Virus record (IMG/VR): IMGVR_UViG_3300009151_009564
Span: 1-64,000 of that record
From: a virus
DNA: 64,000 bases
Direction: 5' to 3' (one strand)
Made by a program: the position numbers and the translations under genes
The notes under the pieces: generated by a model
Database searches by the model: none
The model's input: only the letters and a program-made list of their open reading frames with translations
What the model was told of the DNA's origin: nothing
In this document: one piece after another, positions 29,690-40,407 of the stretch
Layout of the letters: each line of letters starts with the position of its first letter
Position numbering within the stretch: the stretch's first letter is position 1

Positions 29690-29740
29690 TTAAGTTCTTT
29701 TCCAGTATATATTAAAAATATAAACTGGAAAAGAACTTAA
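29690..29740 (-). promoter_or_regulatory. 17-bp hairpin over the GIY-YIG translation start region, with TAATATATA at its apex
   Basis: Perfect inverted repeat 29690-29706 / 29724-29740; TAATATATA on the minus strand at 29706-29714. Confidence 0.7.
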
Positions 29741-29744
29741 ATGT

Positions 29745-30836
29745 TTATGAAATCTCATCACCCGTCTCCTTATAGGCTGGGTTAATAATCTTCAACCTAA
29801 GTGGAGTACCATCAACAGCTTTCCTATCGATATATGGACGAATTACTACGCCTTCACGAATATGAAGTGTCTTACCAGACACAAGTTCCATTCCCTTACA
29901 AAGGTCAACTACTTCTTTTGGAAGAAGGTAATCAATCTTTGTCTTGTGAATACCCTTTTCTGGATCAGAATAGATAACCACTTCTTTCTTATCAAGAGTA
30001 AGAGTACCATCGAATACTATAGGGACCCACATAGTCTTAAATACTTCCGGAACCATATCGTAAGGGATAGAATCCCCATTGAACCTAATGTCGAATAGAC
30101 GAGCTGTTGGTTTTGTTTGTCCGTAAGAGTATCCAGATTGAATAGGTACTACTTCACCAAATACCTGAATAATGCCCATACCAGACCAGTTAGACTTAAT
30201 CTTATTAACCAATCCGTCATTTTTAGCAGCTTCCCAGTAAGAGTTACCCTCAGCATCTTCGAGAACTAAACCCTTTTTAAGTTGTCCTTTAGACGATACA
30301 ATAGTTTCTCCGGTCTCAAGGTTATGAGCTAGGATGAACTGAGAACCGTGTACTTTTTCGGTAATGACTACCCTTTCACCATCGATAAGTTCGTTAACAT
30401 AAACACCAGCGTGTTCACAATCGTGATGACCGATGAAAGGCATATCGAATGATTTAACCTTACCAGCAAGTTGAGCTGGGATTGGTGGTTCGTACTTGGT
30501 AATACCAAGTAGTTCAGCAACATCTTCGTCCAGACTGATCTGATCGAAATTTGGTACAAGAGAGTTTGGAATGATAATACCACTTGAGATTTCACCACGA
30601 AGGCGAACTGCTTTAACACGGTCTTTGTTAGGACCGCTAAGGTACTTCTCGTATTCGGTTTTAAGTTGTCCGGTAAGTACAGACTTTTCCGGTGCGAAGA
30701 TAACTTCGTCACCATCGTTATAAAGTCCTTTCTGGACTACTACTTGGTATGATCCAACACGACCCAACATTAGGGCATCTGCGTTTGGATGTGTAAAAAG
30801 TGCGATTTTTTGTTTTGATACTCTGAAATTACTCAT
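29745..30836 (-). CDS. ATP-dependent RNA ligase (DRB0094-like)
   Basis: HPNADAL N-terminal OB-like domain, RLRGEISSG, TEKVHG, FGE, FDI, REGVVIRP, LKIIN; promoter TTTG-N20-TATTTTTG at 30855-30886. Confidence 0.9.
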   Translation of the reverse strand: MSNFRVSKQKIALFTHPNADALMLGRVGSYQVVVQKGLYNDGDEVIFAPEKSVLTGQLKTEYEKYLSGPNKDRVKAVRLRGEISSGIIIPNSLVPNFDQISLDEDVAELLGITKYEPPIPAQLAGKVKSFDMPFIGHHDCEHAGVYVNELIDGERVVITEKVHGSQFILAHNLETGETIVSSKGQLKKGLVLEDAEGNSYWEAAKNDGLVNKIKSNWSGMGIIQVFGEVVPIQSGYSYGQTKPTARLFDIRFNGDSIPYDMVPEVFKTMWVPIVFDGTLTLDKKEVVIYSDPEKGIHKTKIDYLLPKEVVDLCKGMELVSGKTLHIREGVVIRPYIDRKAVDGTPLRLKIINPAYKETGDEIS

Positions 30837-30972
30837 TAGATACTTTTATTTCTACAAAAATAGGAAAAATACTCTAATCTTCCAAAATAATTTGGAGATT
30901 TTATTATATTTCTACATAGACATATTGGATTAAAAAATGACTTTCTGGAAATAATATATAATAAAAAACAAT

Positions 30973-32139
30973 ATGTGGTTAAAAGAGGAGGAAGAATATT
31001 TACTTAGTTATTATTCTTCGATTGATAATATAATCTTGGAAAAAAAATTAAATAAAAATATAGGTTGTATAGTCAGAAAAGCTAATTCAATGGGATTGAG
31101 GAAGTCAAAAGAGTATATCTCATTAATGAAGAGGAAAATAAACCCAAAATTATATTGGAATGATCGTGATTTGGATTATTTAGTCAATAATTATAAACAA
31201 AAAAGTAATAGTGAAATATCTGATTATCTTAAAAAAACGAAAAGATCTGTTTGTAGAAAATTAAAAGAGCTAAATTTAAGAAGGACAAAGGATGAAAAAG
31301 ACTTAATAACATCAAGATTTTGTAAAAAATCAGGACGTGATTTAAATTTTGAATTCGTTAAGAATGAAGCTCTCAAATATTCCAGTAAACAAGAATTTTA
31401 TATATTAGATTCTGGTTCCTATTCAGCATCCATTCGTAATGGATGGTATGATGAAATATGTAAACACATGAGGAAGAAAAAACAAAGTATTCCCCAATTG
31501 ATGTTAAAAGATATTTTAGAAAAAATTCTAAAAACCGAATGTAGTTTTAATAATAGAAAAATTATATACCCAAAAGAAATTGATTGTTATTTTGAGGAAT
31601 ATAAAATGGGATTTGAATATGACGGAAGATATTTTCACTCTAGTCCGGATATTGAAAAAATAAAAATTTGTGAGAATAAAGGATTAAAAATATTCATAAT
31701 AGATGAGAATAATGATATTTATAGAAATTATGAAAGAAATATAAAAACTCAACTAATTAAAATATTACCTGAGATAAATAAAATTACTAATTTAAGTATA
31801 AATATAAATGATATTATAGAATATAAACCTGTCATCAAATTTGATGATGTGTTGGATTGTGAAGAAATAGAATTTGTTTTTGGTAAAAAAATGTCTTTAA
31901 TAAAATCGGAAAATGTTTCGTTATACAATAGATTAAAAAGGTATAAATTTAATATTTCTGATTTAGGTATAATAAATGATGATAAGAAAATAAAAAAGTT
32001 TAAATCTCTAGAAGATTATATGTTTTTTTTAAAAAAAACATATAATTCTTTTACGGAGGCTTCAAAAATCGAACATGTTTATAGAAATGCTATAAAATAT
32101 AATATTAGTATATTAGAAATTAAATCCATATGGACTTAG
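30973..32139 (+). CDS. putative homing endonuclease (HTH repeats plus PD-(D/E)xK/Vsr-like domain)
   Basis: WxxEEEEYL repeats, EIDCYF...GFEYDGRYFH; very AT-rich; TAATATATA upstream. Confidence 0.75.
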   Translation: MWLKEEEEYLLSYYSSIDNIILEKKLNKNIGCIVRKANSMGLRKSKEYISLMKRKINPKLYWNDRDLDYLVNNYKQKSNSEISDYLKKTKRSVCRKLKELNLRRTKDEKDLITSRFCKKSGRDLNFEFVKNEALKYSSKQEFYILDSGSYSASIRNGWYDEICKHMRKKKQSIPQLMLKDILEKILKTECSFNNRKIIYPKEIDCYFEEYKMGFEYDGRYFHSSPDIEKIKICENKGLKIFIIDENNDIYRNYERNIKTQLIKILPEINKITNLSININDIIEYKPVIKFDDVLDCEEIEFVFGKKMSLIKSENVSLYNRLKRYKFNISDLGIINDDKKIKKFKSLEDYMFFLKKTYNSFTEASKIEHVYRNAIKYNISILEIKSIWT

Positions 32140-32175
32140 ACATTTAATATATAATCAAAAGAATAGAAAGTTTTA

Positions 32176-35100
32176 ATGGCATCAACATTATTTTCAAAAC
32201 CTATAGTATCTAAAATACCTACATCGACTTTAACTAAAAATACGACTTATTTAAAATCTATTGCTAATAAGCAAAGTAAGTTCTATAGTTCAAAGATCCT
32301 TAATTATGTTGAGCCTGTTAATATTGGTTCTTTTGTAAAAACTGCGTTTTGGAGCGAGATCAATACTAATTTTAACTATGGTGATACTGTATTTATAATC
32401 AATGGTAATTATGACTCTGATAGTCTAATATCAGTTGATAAATATGCTCCAAATACAACTGGATATAAAGTATTGGGAGTTGACGGATGTAAGATCATCT
32501 TGGATATTGATTATACAGGAGTTCTTCCATTTCAAGATACAGATGTTGAGCAATATATTAAAGTAAATCATATCTCTTCTCAAAGACAGTTTGATTATAT
32601 CAATAGTATATTAACTCCTATTAATGTTACTCCATTTAGTGGAATGTATTCAAAATTCTTTGGTAACGTTCCTTATGGTAGTTTGACTGCTTCATTATAT
32701 ACAAATGATATAATATTTTCTTCTGGTACTTTTAGTGGAAACACATCTTATAGTGGTATAGGAGTAGGTTTTTTTGTTAGGGATGATTCATCAACTAATA
32801 CATGGGTAAACATTACTTCTCAATTTTTAGATAATAGATTAGGTGGTGTTAATCCAGACTATACAAACGATGGTAGAATTTATATTGTTGGTGAGGATTT
32901 CACATACAATGGTACTGATTATAAACAAAGATTGGTATATGAAGACGTTAATAATAAATGGATTATAGACACGGTTTATAAACAACCAATAATATCTAAG
33001 TTAAATTTTAGATATGGTACATTTAAGGGAACACATAATGATGGTGTATTTGGTAGTGAGAATAAAGTCGCAACGTGGAATAATGCGACTTGGAATTCTG
33101 GTATATTAACAAATGCCACATGGAAGTCGGGTTCAATGAACTCAAAGTCTAATACCGGAGACCGTTCATATTATTCACATTTAAAAAATGGTAAACCAGT
33201 TCAAACATCGGATGTTTCAAATAACAATGGTTATGGGTATAACTTTATAATAGATTCTGATGTTCAGGGTGGTACATTTTTAAATGGGTTATTTGACAAC
33301 TGTAATATAGGTTTATCAAGTACTTTTTCTGCCCTTGATTCTTACTTTGGTATTACTCAATCACCTAGTGTTTCTATTAAGAAAGGACAGTATACTCTTT
33401 GTAATATAACTGACTCAAGTCTATTAAATGGTTTATTTACTAATACGGATATAAACAATACTAATATTGTAAACTCCAAGATAGTTAATAGTCAACTTAA
33501 TAAGAGTACAGTTGATACAAGTGACTATAACTCTGATAGTGGTATACAAGTAATAGGTGCTGATATATGGTCATATGATTCAAATCCTGGTATTTCTGGT
33601 ATATCTCCAGATATATCTACTACAATAAGAGGTATTTTAAAACTTTACATATCTGCGAAAGATTTATTTAAGTTAATCCCCGGTGATAGTTTTTATATAA
33701 CTAAACTAAATAAGGATTATGTATTATCGTCATTAACAAATGATCAAAAAGTTTATTTGCCAATAGAAACAAGATATACTTTAGATACTTATTTTGATTC
33801 AAGTTTAAGCTCTAAGACTATAACAGTTAGTTTAAAGACTAAAATGGATAATATATGGAAGACTTATGTTACTGGTACAACAACTACTGTTAATACATTA
33901 GTATCAAATAGTCAAGTATATGATTCAATTGATATTGATTGTAGTGATTTTGGATATTACTATTCTACATCAGGTAATCCAGTTTATAAGTCGTCTATCC
34001 TAGGTCCAATTAATCTATCTGATGTTAATAACTTATTTTCTAATACTTATTTATATGACTCTGATTTTAAAGATGGTATTTTCAATAACTCTAATTGGAT
34101 TAGTGGTAATAACTTAAACTATCAACAAAACCAAATTAAGAATCTTACGTCTGATGTATTAGACATTTCTTTATACACTTCATTAGATTCATTTATAGTT
34201 AAACTAAACTATGATCCAATGAATAGTGCTTATTCTATTCCTAGTTTTGATACTATTAACGGTGAGTATGTTTGGTTAAATAATATTACATATGTAAATG
34301 GTACTTTTAGTGTATCACTTGATGGTAGATATAAAGTTAACGGTTTGGATAGTCATCTTCCACCATTTATTGCTCCTTACTGGGTTTCTTTAAGATTGTT
34401 CCCACAAGACACTACAATGTCTGCTTTGGGGGTTACATCTAGTGCGGGATCTTATAAGGTAATAGGTGCTGAAAATAATACTTATGCTTCTATTGATAAG
34501 TTTATCATAAAGAACTCTACAATAAGTTCTGGTTTATTTAAGAAAACTGGTATTGTAAATAGTATAGTATCAAGTAATGAATTTGATAATACTGATACCA
34601 ATTTGGTAATATCAAATAATAACATACTTAGGTTTATTAATATTATATTCAGTACCAATAAAAATACTATTAATGATGGTGTTATTTATAAGTCACACGT
34701 AATAAACACAACTTGGAATAATGGTGTTCTATTCAATAGTATTTGGAATGGTCCTTTATTTAGTAATGGGGTTGTTAAATCAAGTTATTGGTTAAATGGT
34801 ACATTTAATAGTGGTAAGTTTTATGATAGTGGATTAACATCCTCTATTGTTCTTGATTATGACTCTGTATCAAGATATCAAGCTTGGTTAAATGGTACAT
34901 TTAGTATAGGTGAGTTTTATAACTCAGTCTGGTTAAATGGTACTTTTAATAATGGTCGTTTATATAAGTCAACATGGTATGGTGGTATATGGAATAATGG
35001 AGTATTAGGTTCTAATAATCTTAGTTTATCTGATACTACATTTGGTACACTTGCTCCTCTTCCTTATTCAGCTACGGTGAGTTATTGGAATAATGGTATA

Positions 35101-38100
35101 GTAGAGAATGCTCTTGTTGGTGGTGATGGTTTAGTTTACTGGTATGGTGGTAAATTTAACAAAGGTGAGTTTACTAGTAATGGTACGTCATCTACTAACC
35201 AGTCTATTTGGTATAATGGTGATTTCAATGGTGGTAAGTTTACCAACTTAGCTAGATGGAAAGGTGGTAACTTCTTTAATGGTAAGTTCTTATCATATTA
35301 TGGATATAATAATGTATCTCCTACTAACTTTTCTACATATTCAACTGATTATGGATGGGAAGGTGGTAGTTTCTATGGTGGGGTATTTGGTAATGCTAAT
35401 ACGGGTACTAACTCTGTTTGGTATTCTGGTGACTTTAATGGTGGTATATTCCAAGGAAGATTTTGGAATACCGGATTATTCTACAATGGTACATTCTTAG
35501 GTAGTGGTAGAGTTAGTGCGACTCCTTCTTCAGTATCATCTATAGGTGAGTTTGATTTTGCTAACTCATTTACATCATCGTATTATGGTTTATGGAACTC
35601 CGGATATGTTTCTGATAAAAAGTATGAGGTTAAGACTAAAGAAAGAGTGTTTACTCAGTTGGTAAGAAAGGTAGATGAGAAGAAGATAAATATAAGTGTA
35701 AATATGTCAAATGTCTTATGGATGGATGGTATGTTTAATCACAACTTTGGTAATATACAAGATTCATTATTCATAGGTGGTACTTTTTCTAATGGTCAGT
35801 TTACTCGTGGGGTATTTAATCCTTATATAGATCAAAACTTTACTGGTTCATTCTCTAGATCTTCGTTTAATACACAATCTTGTGTATGGACTGGTGGTAT
35901 ATTTGCTTCAGGTTCGTTCTATTATTCAGAGTGGCAAAATGGTATATTCCAAGATGGATATATGTCTGGTGCTATTTGGGATAATGGTCTTTGGAATTAT
36001 GGATCTGCTGATAATATTTACTGGAAAGGGGGTCGTTGGAGAAATGGTAACTGGAATGGATCTCCTTATGATTCAACATTAATATCGACATATTCTACTC
36101 CTAATATAATGAAGAGTGGTAGGGAAAAAGATTTGATATTGAATATATCAAATGCCTTAGGTACATCGTCAATACATATAATAAATGTATTTAGTGCTTC
36201 AGTGACTCCTATACAGATTTTATCTGATATACCAGTGGGTTCATTGGGTAGTACAGGAAGCTGGACTTATTCACATGAAACTTATTATGGAGTATTATAT
36301 TATAGTGGGTTTGCGGGGACTCCACACTATGATTACCTTGCTTGTTCAGATTGGAGAATTGGTTCTACATTTAGTTATATTACCGCAACAACGTCAACAT
36401 CTATATCAACTGGTGTTGTGACAGATTCAAATGCTTATACTAAAGGGGGTACTATGTCAGCATCGAGTGGATCATCTTCATATGACTCCACTAATAGGTA
36501 TTATGGTTATAATATAAATGCGACTGCATCGGCAAATACACCACCAAGTAGTAAGTTATATGCTGTAAAAAGTTCTGGAGGACCCACTACTAGTGTGTTT
36601 GTCGATACCGCAACAACTTATACTGTTAAATTACAGGTTACGGTTGAGTTAACGCCAACAGTTTCTATTGAAGTTGGGTATGGTGGTAGTGTACAAACAT
36701 TTACATTATCGTCAGACCATTGGGGTTGGACAACTAATACTACTGGTTATTCATATCTTGGTGTACCATATACCATAACCAACCACTACGATTATTATTA
36801 TCCAAAGTTATATAACTTAACATTCACTATTAACACAACAGACGCTTCTCTTGCGTCTCCGGGTGGTCAACAATTTTATATTAAGAAGACATCCAATGGT
36901 ATAATGAGGTTATTAAGGGGAGAGATTACCGAAAGGTTAACTGAGTATCATGATACTTATAATAATACATTATATAATGGTATAGTTGGATCTACAGTAT
37001 CTCTACCAAATGATAATCATTTGGCTTTGACCGCAGGTGCGTCTGATGGTAATGTCGTAAGTATTGCTTATGGTAATGGTGTTTTCCAATCTGGAATTTG
37101 GGAGAATGGTGTTTGGAATAATGGATATAGGGCTTCTGATTGGTTTGGAACAAGTGATACATTAATATTTAGTGATGTTAATCAAAGTATGACATATCAA
37201 ACGGACACGTCAACTGCTTGGAAAAAGAACTGGATCATAACCTTAGTTTCGTTAGGTTCTATGAATAGTTTATCCATAGGTGATAAAGTATCCATCGGAA
37301 ATATTGTTGGTATTAATATAAATGGTAGTAGAGTTCTTATAAAAGATTACTATACAATAGTAGATATTAATAACACAGTTTCAACTGATTGGCCTAATGG
37401 TTACCTTAAAGTAAGTTTAACTACAAACTTCCCATTAAGACAAATTGTTAAAGACTCATCATATCACCTTATATATGTAACTAAAAATGTTTGGTTGTCT
37501 GGAGCGTTCTTGAATGGTTATTTTAGAGGAGTATGGAATACTGGATTATTCCAAGGTTATCCAAACATAACAGAGATGCAGGACACTCACTGGATTGATG
37601 GTAAGTTTAATGGAGGTCATTACATTTCAAATAATGTACCAGCTAGTCTTACATTACCTTCATATAATACTGGTGTAATACAAAACTTTACATTTATAGA
37701 TAGAAATATAGCTGATCCTTATAACTTCTTATACGAATCTTGGATTGATGTAAATTATACAGCTGATTCACAATCTAATTTGTATCAAGATACTATCTAT
37801 TGGGAGCAAGGTACTGGTTATTATTCTATTAATGGTGTTAGTAGTAAACCAAATCTTAATGGTTTAATTACATACGATGTTTTATCTAGCTTATCAACGT
37901 TTAGGAATGGATATGATACTAGTAGTAAGGATTATAGTTTAGGTGTCAAGTGGACAAAGTATGATAATTATTTACCAGAAGGAAGCTTTAATAACCTCTT
38001 TAGTAAAAGTATACATTCACTTGGTTTAGATAACTTCTATAACGACGGATGGGATATACAATCGTGGGCACAAGGGTCGACTGGGGTTTCAGTTTTAGAT

Positions 38101-38886
38101 CTTGGTATTTATGGGTCTTGGAGTTTATATCCAGAAGATTTTGTCCTAGAGAATACAGATAATACTTTAAAATATATATCAAGTACACATGCGGAGGTAT
38201 ATAGCACCGGTGGGGCGACTGCTTGGCCATCTTCTGCAATACAGACTTATACAATATTGAAAAATTCAAATACTACCAATATACCAGTTAAAAGGTATTC
38301 TATGATGGAGTATAATTTGATAAGTTTCAAAGGATTTACCGGACCGGATCCTGTTCCGGGTGGATATAATCACGCTAGGAGTGTACATAATAGTCCTTCT
38401 TTCTATCCACCTGCTATTAACACACTTTCATTCCCAGCTACTTGGTCTATAAGTCAGTTAATTGCTAATCCAGTGTATAGTTCAGATCCTATAAAGAGAG
38501 AGTATTTTTATAACAAACACTCTTTATCAATGATGTTTGTCGGTGGTGGTATAGCAACATCACCAGCTGATTATTATCCACTTACAATTCAGATGGATAA
38601 CTTATCATTCTATGAAGTAGATATGATTCCATTCTTCCAATATTTTGTTGCTTATGATGAGTATGCGAATACTTCATTAGCTATTGATATGGCTATTAAA
38701 ACACCATACTCAGCAGTTGCTCCACATATTGATTATGGTAGTGGAGCATTTAGTTTCATTGGTACAGTAGATATTGTTATTGATTCCTCTGGGGTTGTAT
38801 CAAGTGGAGCAGGTTCAGTTGGTGGTTCAACTTTAGGGACAACAACAACCACATGGACTACATATTTATCAGCTCCTACTTTTTGA
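32176..38886 (+). CDS. very large putative virion/tail protein with W/F-x-x-G pentapeptide-type repeats
   Basis: 2236 aa, S/T/N/G-rich; repeats such as WLNGTFNNGRLYKSTWYGGIWNNG; TAATATATA at 32145-32153. Confidence 0.65.
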   Translation: MASTLFSKPIVSKIPTSTLTKNTTYLKSIANKQSKFYSSKILNYVEPVNIGSFVKTAFWSEINTNFNYGDTVFIINGNYDSDSLISVDKYAPNTTGYKVLGVDGCKIILDIDYTGVLPFQDTDVEQYIKVNHISSQRQFDYINSILTPINVTPFSGMYSKFFGNVPYGSLTASLYTNDIIFSSGTFSGNTSYSGIGVGFFVRDDSSTNTWVNITSQFLDNRLGGVNPDYTNDGRIYIVGEDFTYNGTDYKQRLVYEDVNNKWIIDTVYKQPIISKLNFRYGTFKGTHNDGVFGSENKVATWNNATWNSGILTNATWKSGSMNSKSNTGDRSYYSHLKNGKPVQTSDVSNNNGYGYNFIIDSDVQGGTFLNGLFDNCNIGLSSTFSALDSYFGITQSPSVSIKKGQYTLCNITDSSLLNGLFTNTDINNTNIVNSKIVNSQLNKSTVDTSDYNSDSGIQVIGADIWSYDSNPGISGISPDISTTIRGILKLYISAKDLFKLIPGDSFYITKLNKDYVLSSLTNDQKVYLPIETRYTLDTYFDSSLSSKTITVSLKTKMDNIWKTYVTGTTTTVNTLVSNSQVYDSIDIDCSDFGYYYSTSGNPVYKSSILGPINLSDVNNLFSNTYLYDSDFKDGIFNNSNWISGNNLNYQQNQIKNLTSDVLDISLYTSLDSFIVKLNYDPMNSAYSIPSFDTINGEYVWLNNITYVNGTFSVSLDGRYKVNGLDSHLPPFIAPYWVSLRLFPQDTTMSALGVTSSAGSYKVIGAENNTYASIDKFIIKNSTISSGLFKKTGIVNSIVSSNEFDNTDTNLVISNNNILRFINIIFSTNKNTINDGVIYKSHVINTTWNNGVLFNSIWNGPLFSNGVVKSSYWLNGTFNSGKFYDSGLTSSIVLDYDSVSRYQAWLNGTFSIGEFYNSVWLNGTFNNGRLYKSTWYGGIWNNGVLGSNNLSLSDTTFGTLAPLPYSATVSYWNNGIVENALVGGDGLVYWYGGKFNKGEFTSNGTSSTNQSIWYNGDFNGGKFTNLARWKGGNFFNGKFLSYYGYNNVSPTNFSTYSTDYGWEGGSFYGGVFGNANTGTNSVWYSGDFNGGIFQGRFWNTGLFYNGTFLGSGRVSATPSSVSSIGEFDFANSFTSSYYGLWNSGYVSDKKYEVKTKERVFTQLVRKVDEKKINISVNMSNVLWMDGMFNHNFGNIQDSLFIGGTFSNGQFTRGVFNPYIDQNFTGSFSRSSFNTQSCVWTGGIFASGSFYYSEWQNGIFQDGYMSGAIWDNGLWNYGSADNIYWKGGRWRNGNWNGSPYDSTLISTYSTPNIMKSGREKDLILNISNALGTSSIHIINVFSASVTPIQILSDIPVGSLGSTGSWTYSHETYYGVLYYSGFAGTPHYDYLACSDWRIGSTFSYITATTSTSISTGVVTDSNAYTKGGTMSASSGSSSYDSTNRYYGYNINATASANTPPSSKLYAVKSSGGPTTSVFVDTATTYTVKLQVTVELTPTVSIEVGYGGSVQTFTLSSDHWGWTTNTTGYSYLGVPYTITNHYDYYYPKLYNLTFTINTTDASLASPGGQQFYIKKTSNGIMRLLRGEITERLTEYHDTYNNTLYNGIVGSTVSLPNDNHLALTAGASDGNVVSIAYGNGVFQSGIWENGVWNNGYRASDWFGTSDTLIFSDVNQSMTYQTDTSTAWKKNWIITLVSLGSMNSLSIGDKVSIGNIVGININGSRVLIKDYYTIVDINNTVSTDWPNGYLKVSLTTNFPLRQIVKDSSYHLIYVTKNVWLSGAFLNGYFRGVWNTGLFQGYPNITEMQDTHWIDGKFNGGHYISNNVPASLTLPSYNTGVIQNFTFIDRNIADPYNFLYESWIDVNYTADSQSNLYQDTIYWEQGTGYYSINGVSSKPNLNGLITYDVLSSLSTFRNGYDTSSKDYSLGVKWTKYDNYLPEGSFNNLFSKSIHSLGLDNFYNDGWDIQSWAQGSTGVSVLDLGIYGSWSLYPEDFVLENTDNTLKYISSTHAEVYSTGGATAWPSSAIQTYTILKNSNTTNIPVKRYSMMEYNLISFKGFTGPDPVPGGYNHARSVHNSPSFYPPAINTLSFPATWSISQLIANPVYSSDPIKREYFYNKHSLSMMFVGGGIATSPADYYPLTIQMDNLSFYEVDMIPFFQYFVAYDEYANTSLAIDMAIKTPYSAVAPHIDYGSGAFSFIGTVDIVIDSSGVVSSGAGSVGGSTLGTTTTTWTTYLSAPTF

Positions 38887-39592
38887 TAACCCATAAGTGA
38901 CCAACTTTTCCATGTTCATCCACAGAAAAGTGTCCCATATATTCAACTTGAAAAGCTTTCTCACCGTCCGGTATTTTTATACCGGACAATTTTTGCTTAC
39001 CTAAAATCCTTTTTTGACCTTTACAAGACTTACAATCAGTCCATCCCACTTGTCCTTTACCACCACAGAAGTAACACGGGTCACCATTCCAGTTCTTTCC
39101 GGAACCTTCACAGAAATCACATCCGTCAGATCCATCAAAGTATCTAACATTGCCTTCAGTATCCCTAATTTCTATCTTAGAAGTTATATCCCTACCATCA
39201 CCACCACAAGTTTTACAGATAACCCATCTTTCATATTCAACAGAACCGTCAAATTTTTCATCAACATAGTGTAGAATGTTTAACTGATTCTTATCAATCC
39301 AAGATTTTAGTTTTTCTTCATCCCAAGTCTTGGCGTTATTATTAAACTCATAGTTTAATATTTCTGATGATTCATCATAGTTAGAACCCCATCTACTTCT
39401 TCTATCATATTCCTGTTTTTTATCAGATGTTAAGATATCATATGCTTCTGTTATTTCACCAAATAGGATAGGATCTCCACCTTTATCTGGGTGGAGGGTA
39501 AATGATAGCTTATAGTATGATTTCTTAATCTCCCTTTCGGTAGAAGTATGACTTACACCTAGAGTAAGATAGTAGTTCTTATTAAAGTCCAT
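38876..39592 (-). CDS. dnaJ: DnaJ-like co-chaperone (J domain plus zinc finger)
   Basis: NYYLTLGV, HPDKGG, EAYDIL, four CxxCxGxG-type repeats. Confidence 0.9.
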   Translation of the reverse strand: MDFNKNYYLTLGVSHTSTEREIKKSYYKLSFTLHPDKGGDPILFGEITEAYDILTSDKKQEYDRRSRWGSNYDESSEILNYEFNNNAKTWDEEKLKSWIDKNQLNILHYVDEKFDGSVEYERWVICKTCGGDGRDITSKIEIRDTEGNVRYFDGSDGCDFCEGSGKNWNGDPCYFCGGKGQVGWTDCKSCKGQKRILGKQKLSGIKIPDGEKAFQVEYMGHFSVDEHGKVGHLWVIKK

Positions 39593-39887
39593 TATTGATT
39601 TGATTTATTTTATAATCTCTTATATTGTCTTTGCCTATTATAAGTTTATCTTCATGGTATTCTTTACCATCTTTGGTGGTATAATACCAACCTTCTGGCT
39701 TAATATCATGGTGTGTAAATGTCATAGTTTCTCCTTCCATATCCATATCAGGTATATCGTCAAAATTATAAGTAAAACTTACATTATAAGTAGCAACCCC
39801 ATAAGAATCTTGAATAGTATTTTCCTCTCCTGTTTCTTTTATTATGATTTTATCACCCGTAGATCCGTGATTTCTATTTAAGTTCAT
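39582..39887 (-). CDS. hypothetical protein with C-terminal RD-tag (RDYKINQIN)
   Basis: 101 aa, overlaps the dnaJ start. Confidence 0.75.
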   Translation of the reverse strand: MNLNRNHGSTGDKIIIKETGEENTIQDSYGVATYNVSFTYNFDDIPDMDMEGETMTFTHHDIKPEGWYYTTKDGKEYHEDKLIIGKDNIRDYKINQINNGL

Positions 39888-39950
39888 ATATTTAATAGTT
39901 TTTTAATAGTAATATCTCTTTCTAATGATGATATACCGGGACGTTTGTAT

Positions 39951-40208
39951 TCATTTATTAGTATTGGTTTCACAGTGTTCGTGTTTACATTTTTTGTGAC
40001 GGCATTTATAGGATGCAAAAATTGCGGGTAATAAACAACAAAATATATGGAATTTAAATCCATATAGTATCATAAGGCCTAACCATCCCCATTTGAGATT
40101 GTTAAGATCTATATGAAATATATTCTCTAATAACCTTTCTATACCTTCCATTACTATAAAAGAAAGTATGAATATGATTATAAACTTAATAATCGATTTT
40201 CTTTTCAT
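39951..40208 (-). CDS. small membrane protein with Cys/His-rich tail
   Basis: Two hydrophobic segments; tail CRHKKCKHEHC. Confidence 0.65.
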   Translation of the reverse strand: MKRKSIIKFIIIFILSFIVMEGIERLLENIFHIDLNNLKWGWLGLMILYGFKFHIFCCLLPAIFASYKCRHKKCKHEHCETNTNK

Positions 40209-40407
40209 CTAAAATAAAATTTATTAAACTATCTCTTGAATCGATTAAATCAAGTAAATGATTCACTGGTTCTAGAAAAGTTTGTTTTGTTTCAGTATCT
40301 TGTATGATATAGTGTGAAGGAGTAACCTGTTCAACTACTTTGAACTTTTTACCACTTATATGAGTATGTACTACCCAATCACCTATATTAAAAGATTTAG
40401 TTTTCAT
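40186..40407 (-). CDS. small SH3-like hypothetical protein with RD-tag (RDSLINFIL)
   Basis: FNIGDWVVH...; overlaps both neighbours. Confidence 0.7.
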   Translation of the reverse strand: MKTKSFNIGDWVVHTHISGKKFKVVEQVTPSHYIIQDTETKQTFLEPVNHLLDLIDSRDSLINFILDEKKIDY

